Source of the DNA: Bacteroidales bacterium | GTDB taxonomy: Bacteria > Bacteroidota > Bacteroidia > Bacteroidales > 4484-276 | Reading direction: 5' to 3' | Assembly (NCBI GenBank): GCA_035647615.1 | Contig: DASRND010000038.1 | Location: 65,274 to 129,273, forward strand | DNA: 64,000 nucleotides | Shown: positions 1 through 8,130 of the stretch, piece by piece | Numbering within the stretch: position 1 is the stretch's first letter | Layout of the letters: every line of letters begins with the position of its first letter | Translations under genes and position numbers: made by a program | The notes under the pieces: generated by a model | The model's database searches: none | What the model saw: the letters and a program-made list of their open reading frames with translations, nothing else | Told to the model about the DNA's origin: nothing

Positions 1-948
1 AGTGCCCGTTCGGGAGTTATTTCCCACCTGCAGGAAAGCGTGCTTCTGCTCGAAATGGAAGTACTCGCAGAGGGAGAGATTAGTTTTTACAAAAAAGTAT
101 CGTGCGAAAACGATCCCGGCGGAACCGGCTACGATTACATGGCCTTTTTTATTGATGATGATGAGCAAGGCCGTTGGGACGGCGAAATAGCCTGGAGCCA
201 GGAAAGCTACACCGTGAGTGCCGGCACGCACACTTTTAAATGGATTTATTCTAAAGACCCTGCCGCGAGCAGCGGCTACGATTGTGCCTGGGTAGATTAT
301 ATTGTGCTGCCTCCCGTGGATGATGGCCTTCCTCAAATGTTTATCGTCCAGGAAATTATTGAAGCTACGATGGGACCGGATCAAAACCTGGCCGATACCC
401 TTGTGATTGCTAATATTGGCGGGGGCAGCCTGGAATTCACCATCGAGATTATGGAAGCAAATAATCCGGTGGACTGGCTTAGCTTTTACCCAGCCAGCGG
501 CAGTTTGAACGGCGGTGAAATTGCCCAAATTGAAATACTCTTCAACACCATGGGTATGGGCGCGGGAACCTACTACTGCACTATCCTGGTAACGGACAAC
601 CTGAACGGCGAGAGCGAAATACCTGTTACGCTGGTGGTTGATCCCAGCCTGGGCTTGCCCGAAGTAAATACGCAAAGCAGCCCGGTTTCGGTGTATCCCA
701 ATCCTTTCACCAACGAAACCAACATTTCGTTTCATCTGTCGGCAAGTGCTACTGTAAGTTTGGAGATTTATAATACAAAAGGCGAAAAGGTAATAAGTCT
801 TATCAATCACCAGGAAAAAACCCGTGGACTGCATCGGGTAAGCTGGAATGGTAAAGATGAAAAAGGAGTTAAACTTAGTGAAGGCTTGTATTTTTACCGG
901 TTGGATGCTGGAGAGAAGTTTACCGGTAGAATTGTGTTAACGCACTAA
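1..948 (+). CDS. secreted protein with C-terminal type IX secretion (Por) sorting domain; 5' end lies outside the window
   Basis: Frame 1 is open from nt 1 with no stop before the ATG at 40, so the gene begins upstream. The last ~80 aa (VSVYPNPFTNETNISFHL...GLYFYRLDAGEKFTGRIV) fit the Bacteroidota T9SS CTD pattern. Beta-sandwich/Ig-like modules precede it. Confidence 0.8.
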   Translation, partial: SARSGVISHLQESVLLLEMEVLAEGEISFYKKVSCENDPGGTGYDYMAFFIDDDEQGRWDGEIAWSQESYTVSAGTHTFKWIYSKDPAASSGYDCAWVDYIVLPPVDDGLPQMFIVQEIIEATMGPDQNLADTLVIANIGGGSLEFTIEIMEANNPVDWLSFYPASGSLNGGEIAQIEILFNTMGMGAGTYYCTILVTDNLNGESEIPVTLVVDPSLGLPEVNTQSSPVSVYPNPFTNETNISFHLSASATVSLEIYNTKGEKVISLINHQEKTRGLHRVSWNGKDEKGVKLSEGLYFYRLDAGEKFTGRIVLTH

Positions 949-1290
949 ATAACAGCAACCATTTAGCTGGTAGAATCTTATTCCAAATAATAATAATCCC
1001 ATCCCCAACCCTTCTCGGCCATCTGTCAGAGAAGAGTTGGGGGCGCTTGTAAATTAAATAATTACTTCCTGCCTGATTTTTAGATAAAATCACTGGGATT
1101 CCGTTAAAAACAATAGATTCTCTGCGAAATAGCCAGAAGCAAAGAATCTATTAAAGAGCTTTTAGCTTTTCACAGACAAGAGCGTATTGATCTCATTTTA
1201 GGAAATATCTTTTTGCCGACGGAATTCCTTTGAGATTTTATCATCACTTTTTAGTAATACCTTTAGAAAAATAATTTTTTGTTAAAATTC

Positions 1291-1323
1291 TTTGATGAAT
1301 GGCCAAAAAAGTTTTTATCTTTG
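1291..1323 (+). promoter_or_regulatory. candidate Bacteroidota sigma-A promoter for tRNA-Leu (TTTG -33 box, TATCTTTG -7 box)
   Basis: TTTG lies at 1291-1294 and TAtcTTTG at 1316-1323, 21 nt apart. The -7 box ends 16 nt before the tRNA 5' end. It matches the published TTTG/TAnnTTTG Bacteroides consensus. Confidence 0.5.
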
Positions 1324-1339
1324 CCGCCTGAAATTAAAA

Positions 1340-1423
1340 GCCCGGATGGCGGAAATGGTAGACGCGCATGGTTGAGGGCCATGTTCCTGTTCGGGAGTGC
1401 AAGTTCGATTCTTGTTCCGGGCA
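1340..1423 (+). tRNA. tRNA-Leu (anticodon GAG), type II with long variable arm
   Basis: Acceptor stem GCCCGGA/TCCGGGC plus discriminator A. Anticodon stem CATGG/CCATG with loop TTGAGGG (anticodon GAG). Long variable arm, and T-arm GCAAG-TTCGATT-CTTGT. CCA is not encoded. Confidence 0.9.
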
Positions 1424-1433
1424 CTCACAGAAA

Positions 1434-1466
1434 GCCTTGAAGATAACTCTTCAGGGCTTTTTTGTT
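1434..1466 (+). terminator. rho-independent terminator after tRNA-Leu
   Basis: 9-bp stem GCCTTGAAG/CTTCAGGGC (one G-U pair) with a 6-nt loop, followed by TTTTTTGTTTTT. Confidence 0.75.
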
Positions 1467-1564
1467 TTTCCTTTTTTTGGAATTTTGCCGAAAAAACACC
1501 AAATATCCTGCTAAAAAAAATTGTTTATTTTCGCCGCCTTTATTTATAAATAATACAAATATCT

Positions 1565-2851
1565 ATGAAACGAATCCTTTACATGATGATGATTCTCATC
1601 ATCACTTCACCGGTGTATGCCGGCGGCTACCAGGTGCGTTTGCAAGGTCATAGGCAAACGGCTATGGGTCTGGTAGGCGTTTCGCTTTTTGGCGATGCCA
1701 GCAACATATTTTATAACCCGGCAGGTCTCTCGCTGATGAGAAACAAGTACAGATTCTTGGCCGGTGATGTTTTAGATACCGTTAACACAGGCCTATCGCT
1801 GATAAATAACAAGTACAGCTTTATGGTCGGCGGCAGTGGCATCTTAAACAGCACTACCTTCAGGCTCGAAAATTCGGTATATCAAGCCGAAACCGACAAC
1901 CCCATGGGCACTCCCTTGTTTTTTTATGGTGCGGCCAAAATCACCGATCGTCTGGCGGTAGGAATTGGTGTTTACACTCCCTATGGCAGCTCTGCCAAGT
2001 GGGGCGACGACTGGGCAGGAGCACATCTTATCCAGGACATCTCCCTGAAAGCTTTTTTCTTCCAGCCCACCATCTCCTACAAAATCAGCGACATGTTTAG
2101 CCTTGGCGCCGGACTGGTAATAGCCACCGGCTCCGTGGAGATCAACAAAGCCATCCCTTATAACAGCGCTGAAGAACTTGGTCAGGTAAACCTGCAGGGC
2201 ACCACCACCAGCTTTGGGTACAACCTGGGGGCAATGTTTACACCCAACGAACAGTGGAGCATTGGTGTCAACTATCGTTCGCTCGTAAAAATGACGATGG
2301 ACGGCGGCGACGCTACTTTTACCGTACCCAGTTCAATGGCAGGTATTGTTCCTCCCACCAACACTTTTGATGCTGAACTTCCCCTACCCGCCAACCTCGA
2401 CCTGGGCGTAGCGTATCAGGTCACCGAAAAGCTCCTGCTTTCGGTAGAAGTAAACTACGTATTTTGGGATGTTTACGACACCCTCACCTTCGAGTTTGCT
2501 CAGCGCCCTGAATTGCTCAACTCCAAAAACCCGCGCGAATATTCCAACAAACTCATCTATCGTATCGGTGGCGAATACATCATCAACAACTTGATTACTC
2601 TGCGGGCTGGCGCATATTATGATCCGTCGCCAACCAACAAGGATTATTTTAATCCCGAAACTCCAAGCCTCAACACCATCGGGCTGAGCGCCGGCCTTAC
2701 CATCCGCCCCAGCGAACATCTGGCAATAGATATTTCGTACCTGCACCTCGAAACGCAAAAAGATACCCGCAGCTACATGCCCGAATATTTTACAGGTGAA
2801 TACAAAACCCGCACGATGATTCCCGGCATCGGCATCAGCTATAATTTTTAA
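1565..2851 (+). CDS. outer-membrane transport protein, OMPP1/FadL/TodX family
   Basis: Signal peptide followed by GGYQVRLQGHRQTAMGLVGVS...NPAGLS, the typical N-terminal hatch motif of FadL-like porins. Alternating beta-strand pattern and a C-terminal aromatic residue (SYNF). Confidence 0.8.
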   Translation: MKRILYMMMILIITSPVYAGGYQVRLQGHRQTAMGLVGVSLFGDASNIFYNPAGLSLMRNKYRFLAGDVLDTVNTGLSLINNKYSFMVGGSGILNSTTFRLENSVYQAETDNPMGTPLFFYGAAKITDRLAVGIGVYTPYGSSAKWGDDWAGAHLIQDISLKAFFFQPTISYKISDMFSLGAGLVIATGSVEINKAIPYNSAEELGQVNLQGTTTSFGYNLGAMFTPNEQWSIGVNYRSLVKMTMDGGDATFTVPSSMAGIVPPTNTFDAELPLPANLDLGVAYQVTEKLLLSVEVNYVFWDVYDTLTFEFAQRPELLNSKNPREYSNKLIYRIGGEYIINNLITLRAGAYYDPSPTNKDYFNPETPSLNTIGLSAGLTIRPSEHLAIDISYLHLETQKDTRSYMPEYFTGEYKTRTMIPGIGISYNF

Positions 2852-2867
2852 ATAATAAAATTAGAAT

Positions 2868-4232
2868 ATGAAGAATATGAAAACACCACACATACTGCTG
2901 TTGCTGGCTTTGATGAGCCTGATGGCATGCCAGCCCGAACTCGAAGATTTCTCCATCGGTGACGGCAAGGCCGACTTTACCACCTACGTTGCCGTGGGCA
3001 ACTCGCTTACTTCCGGCTATGCCGATGGCGAACTGTACCGCAGCGGACAGGAAAACTCTTATCCGGCCATCCTGGCTTACCAAATGAAAGCTGGCGGCTG
3101 CAACGAATTCCGCCAGCCGCTTATGTACGACGAATACGGTTTTGGCCGCCGCTTGCTGCTCAACGCTTCTATTCCCGGACCGGTGCCTGCAGGCGTCGCT
3201 TTCGATCAGCGCAATTTTATGTCGATTGCCACCGAGGGACCTTTCCATAATATGGGAGTCCCCGGCGCCAAAAGCTTTCATTTGATAGTTTCCGGCTACG
3301 CCGAACTCAATCCCTATTTCGGTCGCTTTGCTACCAGCCTTTCTGCCTCAGTGCTCGCCGACGCAGCAGCCATCAATCCAACCTTTTTCTCCTGCTGGAT
3401 CGGCAACAACGACGTGTTGGCTTATGCTCTGGAAGGTGGTGCTGCCGACAGCATCACCGACATCAACACTTTTAGCTATGCAATGAACACCATCCTGCAA
3501 ACGCTCACCGCCAAAGGTGCCAAAGGCGCGGTGGCCAACATTCCCGATATTACCAACATCCCATATTTCACCTTCATGAATACACGCCTGCCCTATTATG
3601 GCCTTGTGCTCGATGCACAAAAGGCAGGTGCGCTTAATGGCGCCTATGCCGCTTTTGAGCAATATCTTGCTTCGCAGGGTGTCACCTGGTCGTATGGCTT
3701 CAACTTTGCCGAAGGTCCCAACGCATTTGTTGTTACTGACGAAACGCTGCCACTACCCGCACCTTTCAACGTGCGTCAGATGAAAGCCGGTGAGCTTTTC
3801 TTGCTCACGCTCCCCACCGACAGCATTCTCAACCACGGTATGGGTAGTGTAAATCTGGCCGGCCCTATGCCTCTGCCTTTTGGCATCCCCGACAAGTTTT
3901 TCCTTTCACAGGACGAAATCAGCGAGATCACAACGGCCACACAGCAGTTCAACGAAGTAATTGCCTTGCAGGCCAACAACTATGGGCTGGTGCTGGTGGA
4001 TATGAATGACAGACTCAACGAATTAGCCACCACCGGTATCACCGTGGATGGCATCACCTTTACCGATGAATTTATCTTCGGCAACGCCTTCTCACTCGAC
4101 GGCGTACATCTTACATCTCAGGGATATGCCCTGGTTGCCAACTTCTTCATCGAAGCCATCAACTCCTATTACAATACCGACCTTAGACCGCTAAGCCCGC
4201 GGCTCTATCCTGGCATTTATTATTATCAATAA
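2868..4232 (+). CDS. SGNH/GDSL-family hydrolase lipoprotein
   Basis: Lipoprotein signal (LMSLMAC). Block I VAVGNSLTSGY carries the catalytic Ser in GNSLT. Block V is DGVHLTSQGY (DxxH). The gene starts 16 nt after the FadL-like gene. Confidence 0.8.
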   Translation: MKNMKTPHILLLLALMSLMACQPELEDFSIGDGKADFTTYVAVGNSLTSGYADGELYRSGQENSYPAILAYQMKAGGCNEFRQPLMYDEYGFGRRLLLNASIPGPVPAGVAFDQRNFMSIATEGPFHNMGVPGAKSFHLIVSGYAELNPYFGRFATSLSASVLADAAAINPTFFSCWIGNNDVLAYALEGGAADSITDINTFSYAMNTILQTLTAKGAKGAVANIPDITNIPYFTFMNTRLPYYGLVLDAQKAGALNGAYAAFEQYLASQGVTWSYGFNFAEGPNAFVVTDETLPLPAPFNVRQMKAGELFLLTLPTDSILNHGMGSVNLAGPMPLPFGIPDKFFLSQDEISEITTATQQFNEVIALQANNYGLVLVDMNDRLNELATTGITVDGITFTDEFIFGNAFSLDGVHLTSQGYALVANFFIEAINSYYNTDLRPLSPRLYPGIYYYQ

Positions 4233-4272
4233 AACTGTCGCCTATCTTTGGGAAAGGCAATAAGTAATAGTC

Positions 4273-4313
4273 AAGCCTCTGAAGCACCATGTTTCAGAGG
4301 CTTGCTTTTTTTT
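4273..4313 (+). terminator. rho-independent terminator after the SGNH gene
   Basis: Stem AAGCCTCTGAA/TTCAGAGGCTT with an 8-nt loop, followed by GCTTTTTTTTT. Confidence 0.8.
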
Positions 4314-4321
4314 ATTAAAGT

Positions 4322-4463
4322 GGGCGGCCGGGCGGGCTTTCCGCTATAGCTAGCTTGCAGCAGCTGTGTTTTTGTAGGCGGTACGTGGGCTTCCTGCGTT
4401 AGCCTCCGCCCGCCAACAAAAACATCAGCCGCCGCTGCGCCATCTACCGCTCCAATCCCTGCC
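4322..4463 (+). repeat. copy A of a ~142-bp GC-rich dispersed repeat (copy B is inverted at 25752-25895)
   Basis: By-eye alignment to the reverse complement of 25752-25895. The first ~110 nt are near-identical (GGGCGGCCGGGCGGGCTTTCCGCTATA...GTACGTGGGCTTCCTGCGT.AGCCTCCGCCCGCCAACAAAAA). A ~20-nt variable patch follows, then a shared GCTCCAATCCCTGCC end. Confidence 0.85.
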
Positions 4464-4518
4464 GCACACACCACCGGGGCAGCTTCCGAATCTAAGTCAT
4501 CGTCATCAAAGATTCCGT

Positions 4519-4650
4519 AAGCCTCGTAGAGGCGGCATTATGGTAGAAACGTATGAACAAATTATTCCAAAAGCCTCGTAGAGGCGGCATTTTGGTAGCG
4601 ATTATTCGGTACATAAACCCAAAAGCCCCAAAGATAGGGGCGACACTATG
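4519..4650. repeat. upstream REP-like cluster (3 forward units)
   Basis: Unit consensus is GCCTCGTAGAGGCGGCATTATGGTAG (hairpin GCCTC-GTA-GAGGC plus a conserved tail). Units lie at 4521-4546 and 4573-4598, with a degenerate unit GCCCCAAAGATAGGGGCGACACTATG at 4625-4650. Confidence 0.85.
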
Positions 4651-4737
4651 AAAAGAAATCTTTTTCAAAAATCAAATTGGCCTTTTATAAAATGTTCTAC
4701 ATTTACAATCGCATTTAAAATAAAACAAATCAGCAAA

Positions 4738-5199
4738 ATGGCAAATACCTACACCCAGATTAATATCCATGCCGTTTTCTCGGTAAAGGGAAGAGAAAAT
4801 TTAATAACCCCACAATTTAGCGACAACTTACATAAGTATATTGCGGGCATCATCAACAACACAAAAAACTTTTCTCTTGCAGTTAACGGGTACAAAGATC
4901 ATGTACACACATTTTTTGAACTACACCCAACGAATTCAGTGTCGGATGTAATTGGAGTTATCAAAACAAATTCATCAAAATGGATAAACGAAAATAAATT
5001 CTTAAGGGGTCATTTCAACTGGCAAGAAGGCTATGGCGCTATTTCATACTCTCGCTCTCAAAGAGATTCCATAATTAAATACATTATTAACCAAGAGAAA
5101 CACCATGGCAAAACGACATTCCGTGAAGAATACATGGAGTTATTATGGAAATTTGAAATTCCGTTTGATGAAAATTATGTTTTCGATTTTTATGAATAA
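4738..5199 (+). CDS. IS200/IS605-family Y1 (HUH) transposase, REP-associated tyrosine transposase (RAYT)-like
   Basis: MANTYTQINIHAVFSVKGRE..., HUH motif HVHTFFEL, and a C-terminal catalytic-Tyr helix SIIKYIINQEKHH. The start is set at the ATG at 4738 because the track start at 4648 lies inside a REP unit and adds 30 non-conserved residues. Confidence 0.8.
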   Translation: MANTYTQINIHAVFSVKGRENLITPQFSDNLHKYIAGIINNTKNFSLAVNGYKDHVHTFFELHPTNSVSDVIGVIKTNSSKWINENKFLRGHFNWQEGYGAISYSRSQRDSIIKYIINQEKHHGKTTFREEYMELLWKFEIPFDENYVFDFYE

Positions 5200-5212
5200 A
5201 AAGAATGCATTG

Positions 5213-5442
5213 TTTCCATAATGTCGCACCTACGGTGCTTTAAAAAAAGGCTTCTTGTTTATTTCTACCATACTACCGCACCTACGGTGCTTAAATGAAA
5301 TTTGATGCCAGCCTCTTGGAGACGATAGTATGGTAGAATGCCACGATAAAATTCGAATAGGAGCCTCGTAGAGGCGGCATTATGGTAGAAACGTATGAAC
5401 AAATTATTTCAAAAGCCTAGTAGAGGCGGCATTATGGTAAGG
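5213..5442. repeat. downstream REP-like cluster (2 inverted and 3 forward units)
   Basis: Inverted units lie at 5216-5238 (CCATAATGTCGCACCTACGGTGC) and 5265-5290. Forward units lie at 5311-5336, 5363-5388 and 5415-5440. The doublet 5363-5440 is almost identical to 4521-4598, including the 26-nt spacer. Confidence 0.85.
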
Positions 5443-5606
5443 ACGATCTTCCCGAAAGCCTCATCCAAATGCAGTTTTTGATATTGCATATTCCCAAAAA
5501 TTCTAAAAATTTATCCACTTGTATCCGGGGTGTGTTTATGAGGCTAATTCTTTATTTATTTTTGACCGCACTTTTTTTTCATTATTTGTAACAACGAAAC
5601 ACGACT

Positions 5607-7088
5607 ATGCCAGAATACAACGGAGTTATGATGCAATATTTCCACTGGTACACTTCCGACGAGGGCGTCCTATGGAAACAACTCAAAGAGAATGCTGAAA
5701 GTCTTGCCAAAGCCGGCATTACTGCTTTATGGTTACCTCCCGCCTTCAAAGGAGCTGGTGGCCCCAAAGATCCTGGCTATGGTGTGTACGATCTTTTCGA
5801 CCTTGGCGAATTTGACCAGAAAGGTACCGTGCGCACCAAATACGGGACCCACGACGAATACATTGCAGCAATTCAGGCGGCGCAAAAGGCAAACATTCAA
5901 GTGTATGCCGATGTGGTCTTCAACCATAAGATGGGCGCCGACCATGCCGAAGAATTTATGGCTACACCTATCAATCCTGCGAACCGCAATGAAGCAATCG
6001 GCGAGCAGCAAAAGGTAAAGTGCTGGACTAACTTCACCTTCCCGGCGCGCCAGGGCAAATACTCCGAGATGCAATGGCACTGGTGGCATTTCAATGCAAC
6101 CGACTTCAACTTGAACGATCCGGACAAGCAGGCAGTCTACTTATTTGAGGGCGGAAAATTTGATGAAAACGTTGACCAGGAATTTGGCAACTTCGACTAT
6201 CTCATGGGTTGCAACCTGGATACTCATAATGATGAAGTAAGAGGGGAACTATTCTACTGGGGAAAATGGTACCTCGAAACTACCGGCGTCGATGGCATCC
6301 GCTTCGATGCGGTAAAGCATGTCAACTCCCGCTTTTTTTTCGAATGGCTTCAGGAGATGCAAAAAATCGCCAAAAAGAAATTATTTGCAGTGGGCGAATA
6401 CTGGTCACATGAAGTTTCAGCACTCAAAAACTTCATCGATACAACCCAGGGCGCCATCATGCTCTTCGACGCAGTGCTGCATTACAAATTTGCTACTGCC
6501 AGTCAGCAGGGCAAGGATTACCCGCTGAATACAATCTTCGATAATACCCTGTTGAAAGAAGCACCGCAATTGGCTGTTACCATTGTGAGTAATCACGACA
6601 CGCAGCCGTTGCAAGCGCTCGAGTCGGTGGTTGAAGCGTGGTTCAAGCCGCTCGCTTATGCCATGATACTGCTGCGCCGTGATGGCTATCCCTGCATCTT
6701 TGCCGCCGACTACTACGGTGCCGAATACAGCGACACAGGCATGGACGGCAAAACATACAACATCGTGATGCCAAGCCACCAATGGATTATCGATCAGTTT
6801 CTGATGGTGCGACGCGAATTTGCTTATGGCGATCAGTATGATTATTTGGATCATCCCAACTGCATCGGATGGACGCGCACCGGTGATGAAAAACACCCTG
6901 GCGGCGCAGCCGTACTAATGAGCAATGGCGATAATGGAACAAAACGAATGCAAACCACCGCCATAAATACCGCCTATATTGATCTCACCAAACATATCGA
7001 CGATACTATTACCACCGACGAGGATGGCTGGGCTGAGTTCAAATGCCTGGCCGGGAAGGTTTCTGTGTGGGTGCCGAAGAAAAAGTAG
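5607..7088 (+). CDS. cytoplasmic alpha-amylase, GH13 (Bacillus licheniformis / E. coli AmyA type)
   Basis: NGVMMQYFHWY with no signal peptide. Conserved regions DVVFNH, GIDGIRFDAVKH (nucleophile Asp), FAVGEYW (acid/base Glu) and VSNHDTQP are present. Confidence 0.9.
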   Translation: MPEYNGVMMQYFHWYTSDEGVLWKQLKENAESLAKAGITALWLPPAFKGAGGPKDPGYGVYDLFDLGEFDQKGTVRTKYGTHDEYIAAIQAAQKANIQVYADVVFNHKMGADHAEEFMATPINPANRNEAIGEQQKVKCWTNFTFPARQGKYSEMQWHWWHFNATDFNLNDPDKQAVYLFEGGKFDENVDQEFGNFDYLMGCNLDTHNDEVRGELFYWGKWYLETTGVDGIRFDAVKHVNSRFFFEWLQEMQKIAKKKLFAVGEYWSHEVSALKNFIDTTQGAIMLFDAVLHYKFATASQQGKDYPLNTIFDNTLLKEAPQLAVTIVSNHDTQPLQALESVVEAWFKPLAYAMILLRRDGYPCIFAADYYGAEYSDTGMDGKTYNIVMPSHQWIIDQFLMVRREFAYGDQYDYLDHPNCIGWTRTGDEKHPGGAAVLMSNGDNGTKRMQTTAINTAYIDLTKHIDDTITTDEDGWAEFKCLAGKVSVWVPKKK

Positions 7089-7283
7089 GTAGTAAGTAAA
7101 AATGAGCGGTGAGAGATGAGCGCGCATCGGCTTGAAACAGGATTCCGCTAATTCAAACAAAAGAAAAGATGTTAGCGTAAATTAGCTTCATTTGTGAAAA
7201 TTCGCGAAAAATTCACCTAAAAATAAGATTCCGATAAATTCATCAATTCGTTTGTTTTTCTCAAATCACGCTATCTTCGCCGG

Positions 7284-7871
7284 ATGAAAAAACATCAGCT
7301 GATATTCGCCACCAAAAACAGACACAAACTTGACGAAGTAGCGCACCTCGAAGGTTTAAACTTTACCATCATCGGGCTCGACCAACTTGGCTTCCACAGC
7401 GATGTTCCTGAAGACTACGAAACCCTTGAGGAAAATGCGCTGCAAAAGGCTCGCTTCATTCATAAACAGTTTGTTGTAGATTGCTTTGCCGACGATACCG
7501 GCCTGGAAATAGACGCTCTTGGCGGTCGCCCCGGTGTATATTCAGCACGTTACGCCGGCCCGCAATGCAACCCGGAAGACAATATGAATAAAGTTTTGAG
7601 CGAAATGCAAACCCAGACCAACCGCTCCGCGCGCTTTCGCACCGTAATTGTCTTGATTATGGATGAGAAAAACTATTTTTTTGAAGGAATTATGGAAGGC
7701 GCCATTATCAGCGAAAAACGCGGTGAGCACGGTTTTGGATACGATCCCATCTTTCAGCCCAAAGGCTACAATTTAACTTTTGCAGAGATGGATCAGTCAA
7801 CCAAAAACAGCATCAGCCACCGTGCCAAAGCCACTGCCAAATTGATTGAGTTTCTGCAAAAAAGAGGATAA
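7284..7871 (+). CDS. rdgB: non-canonical purine NTP pyrophosphatase (dITP/XTP; RdgB/HAM1 family)
   Basis: Motifs FATKNRHKLDE, ADDTGLEIDALGGRPGVYSARYAG, GFGYDPIF and SHRAKA. Confidence 0.9.
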   Translation: MKKHQLIFATKNRHKLDEVAHLEGLNFTIIGLDQLGFHSDVPEDYETLEENALQKARFIHKQFVVDCFADDTGLEIDALGGRPGVYSARYAGPQCNPEDNMNKVLSEMQTQTNRSARFRTVIVLIMDEKNYFFEGIMEGAIISEKRGEHGFGYDPIFQPKGYNLTFAEMDQSTKNSISHRAKATAKLIEFLQKRG

Positions 7872-8130
7872 AAAATAGAGATTAAAATAGAGAAGCTGAA
7901 AATTGGAAGTAAGTTTTTTGTCTTAATATCGTTTATAGAATCCTGAAACACGAAATAAGCGAAGCCGAAGGAAATAATGAAGAAAGGCTCTCCGAAGAAT
8001 ACAATCAATATTTCTCCGGAAATCAGGCGCAGCTTATCCTTGTTAGGATTCATTAAAAATAACGGCTTCTGCCATCTATTGATAAACCTTTTTGATGCAC
8101 CACTGTTTTTATTAAAAACAAAAATCATAA

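Larger units (their letters stand above)
4519..5442 (+). mobile_element. REP/RAYT-like module: Y1 transposase gene flanked by REP-like hairpin repeat clusters
   Basis: See the component features (repeat clusters 4519-4650 and 5213-5442; CDS 4738-5199). The coding part is visibly AT-richer than its neighbours. Confidence 0.65.

Noticed and set aside
1112-1152. Perfect 10-bp inverted repeat AATAGATTCT...AGAATCTATT downstream of the T9SS cargo gene.
   Set aside because: It has a 21-nt loop, no U-tract and no second copy in the window. It may be a weak terminator or operator, but the evidence is insufficient to call a feature.
4271-4474. The 67-aa ORF over dispersed-repeat copy A, and the 125-aa ORF 25485-25862 over copy B and the tandem repeat.
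   Set aside because: The two ORFs read non-equivalent strands of the shared element, so no frame is conserved between copies. Their composition is Ala/Gly/Pro/Arg-rich, as expected from GC-rich non-coding DNA.
4648-4737. The 30-codon N-terminal extension of the Y1 transposase ORF.
   Set aside because: The ATG at 4648 lies inside a degenerate REP unit. Conserved Y1 transposase sequence begins at MANTYTQINIH (4738).
7793-8128. 111-aa hydrophobic ORF on the minus strand between rdgB and the M48 peptidase gene, and the plus-strand ORF 7977-8249.
   Set aside because: The first overlaps the rdgB 3' end by 79 nt in antisense, and the second overlaps the M48 gene start. Both are AT-rich spacer translations without motifs. 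I cannot fully exclude a small membrane protein starting at the internal Met (MNPNKDK...).
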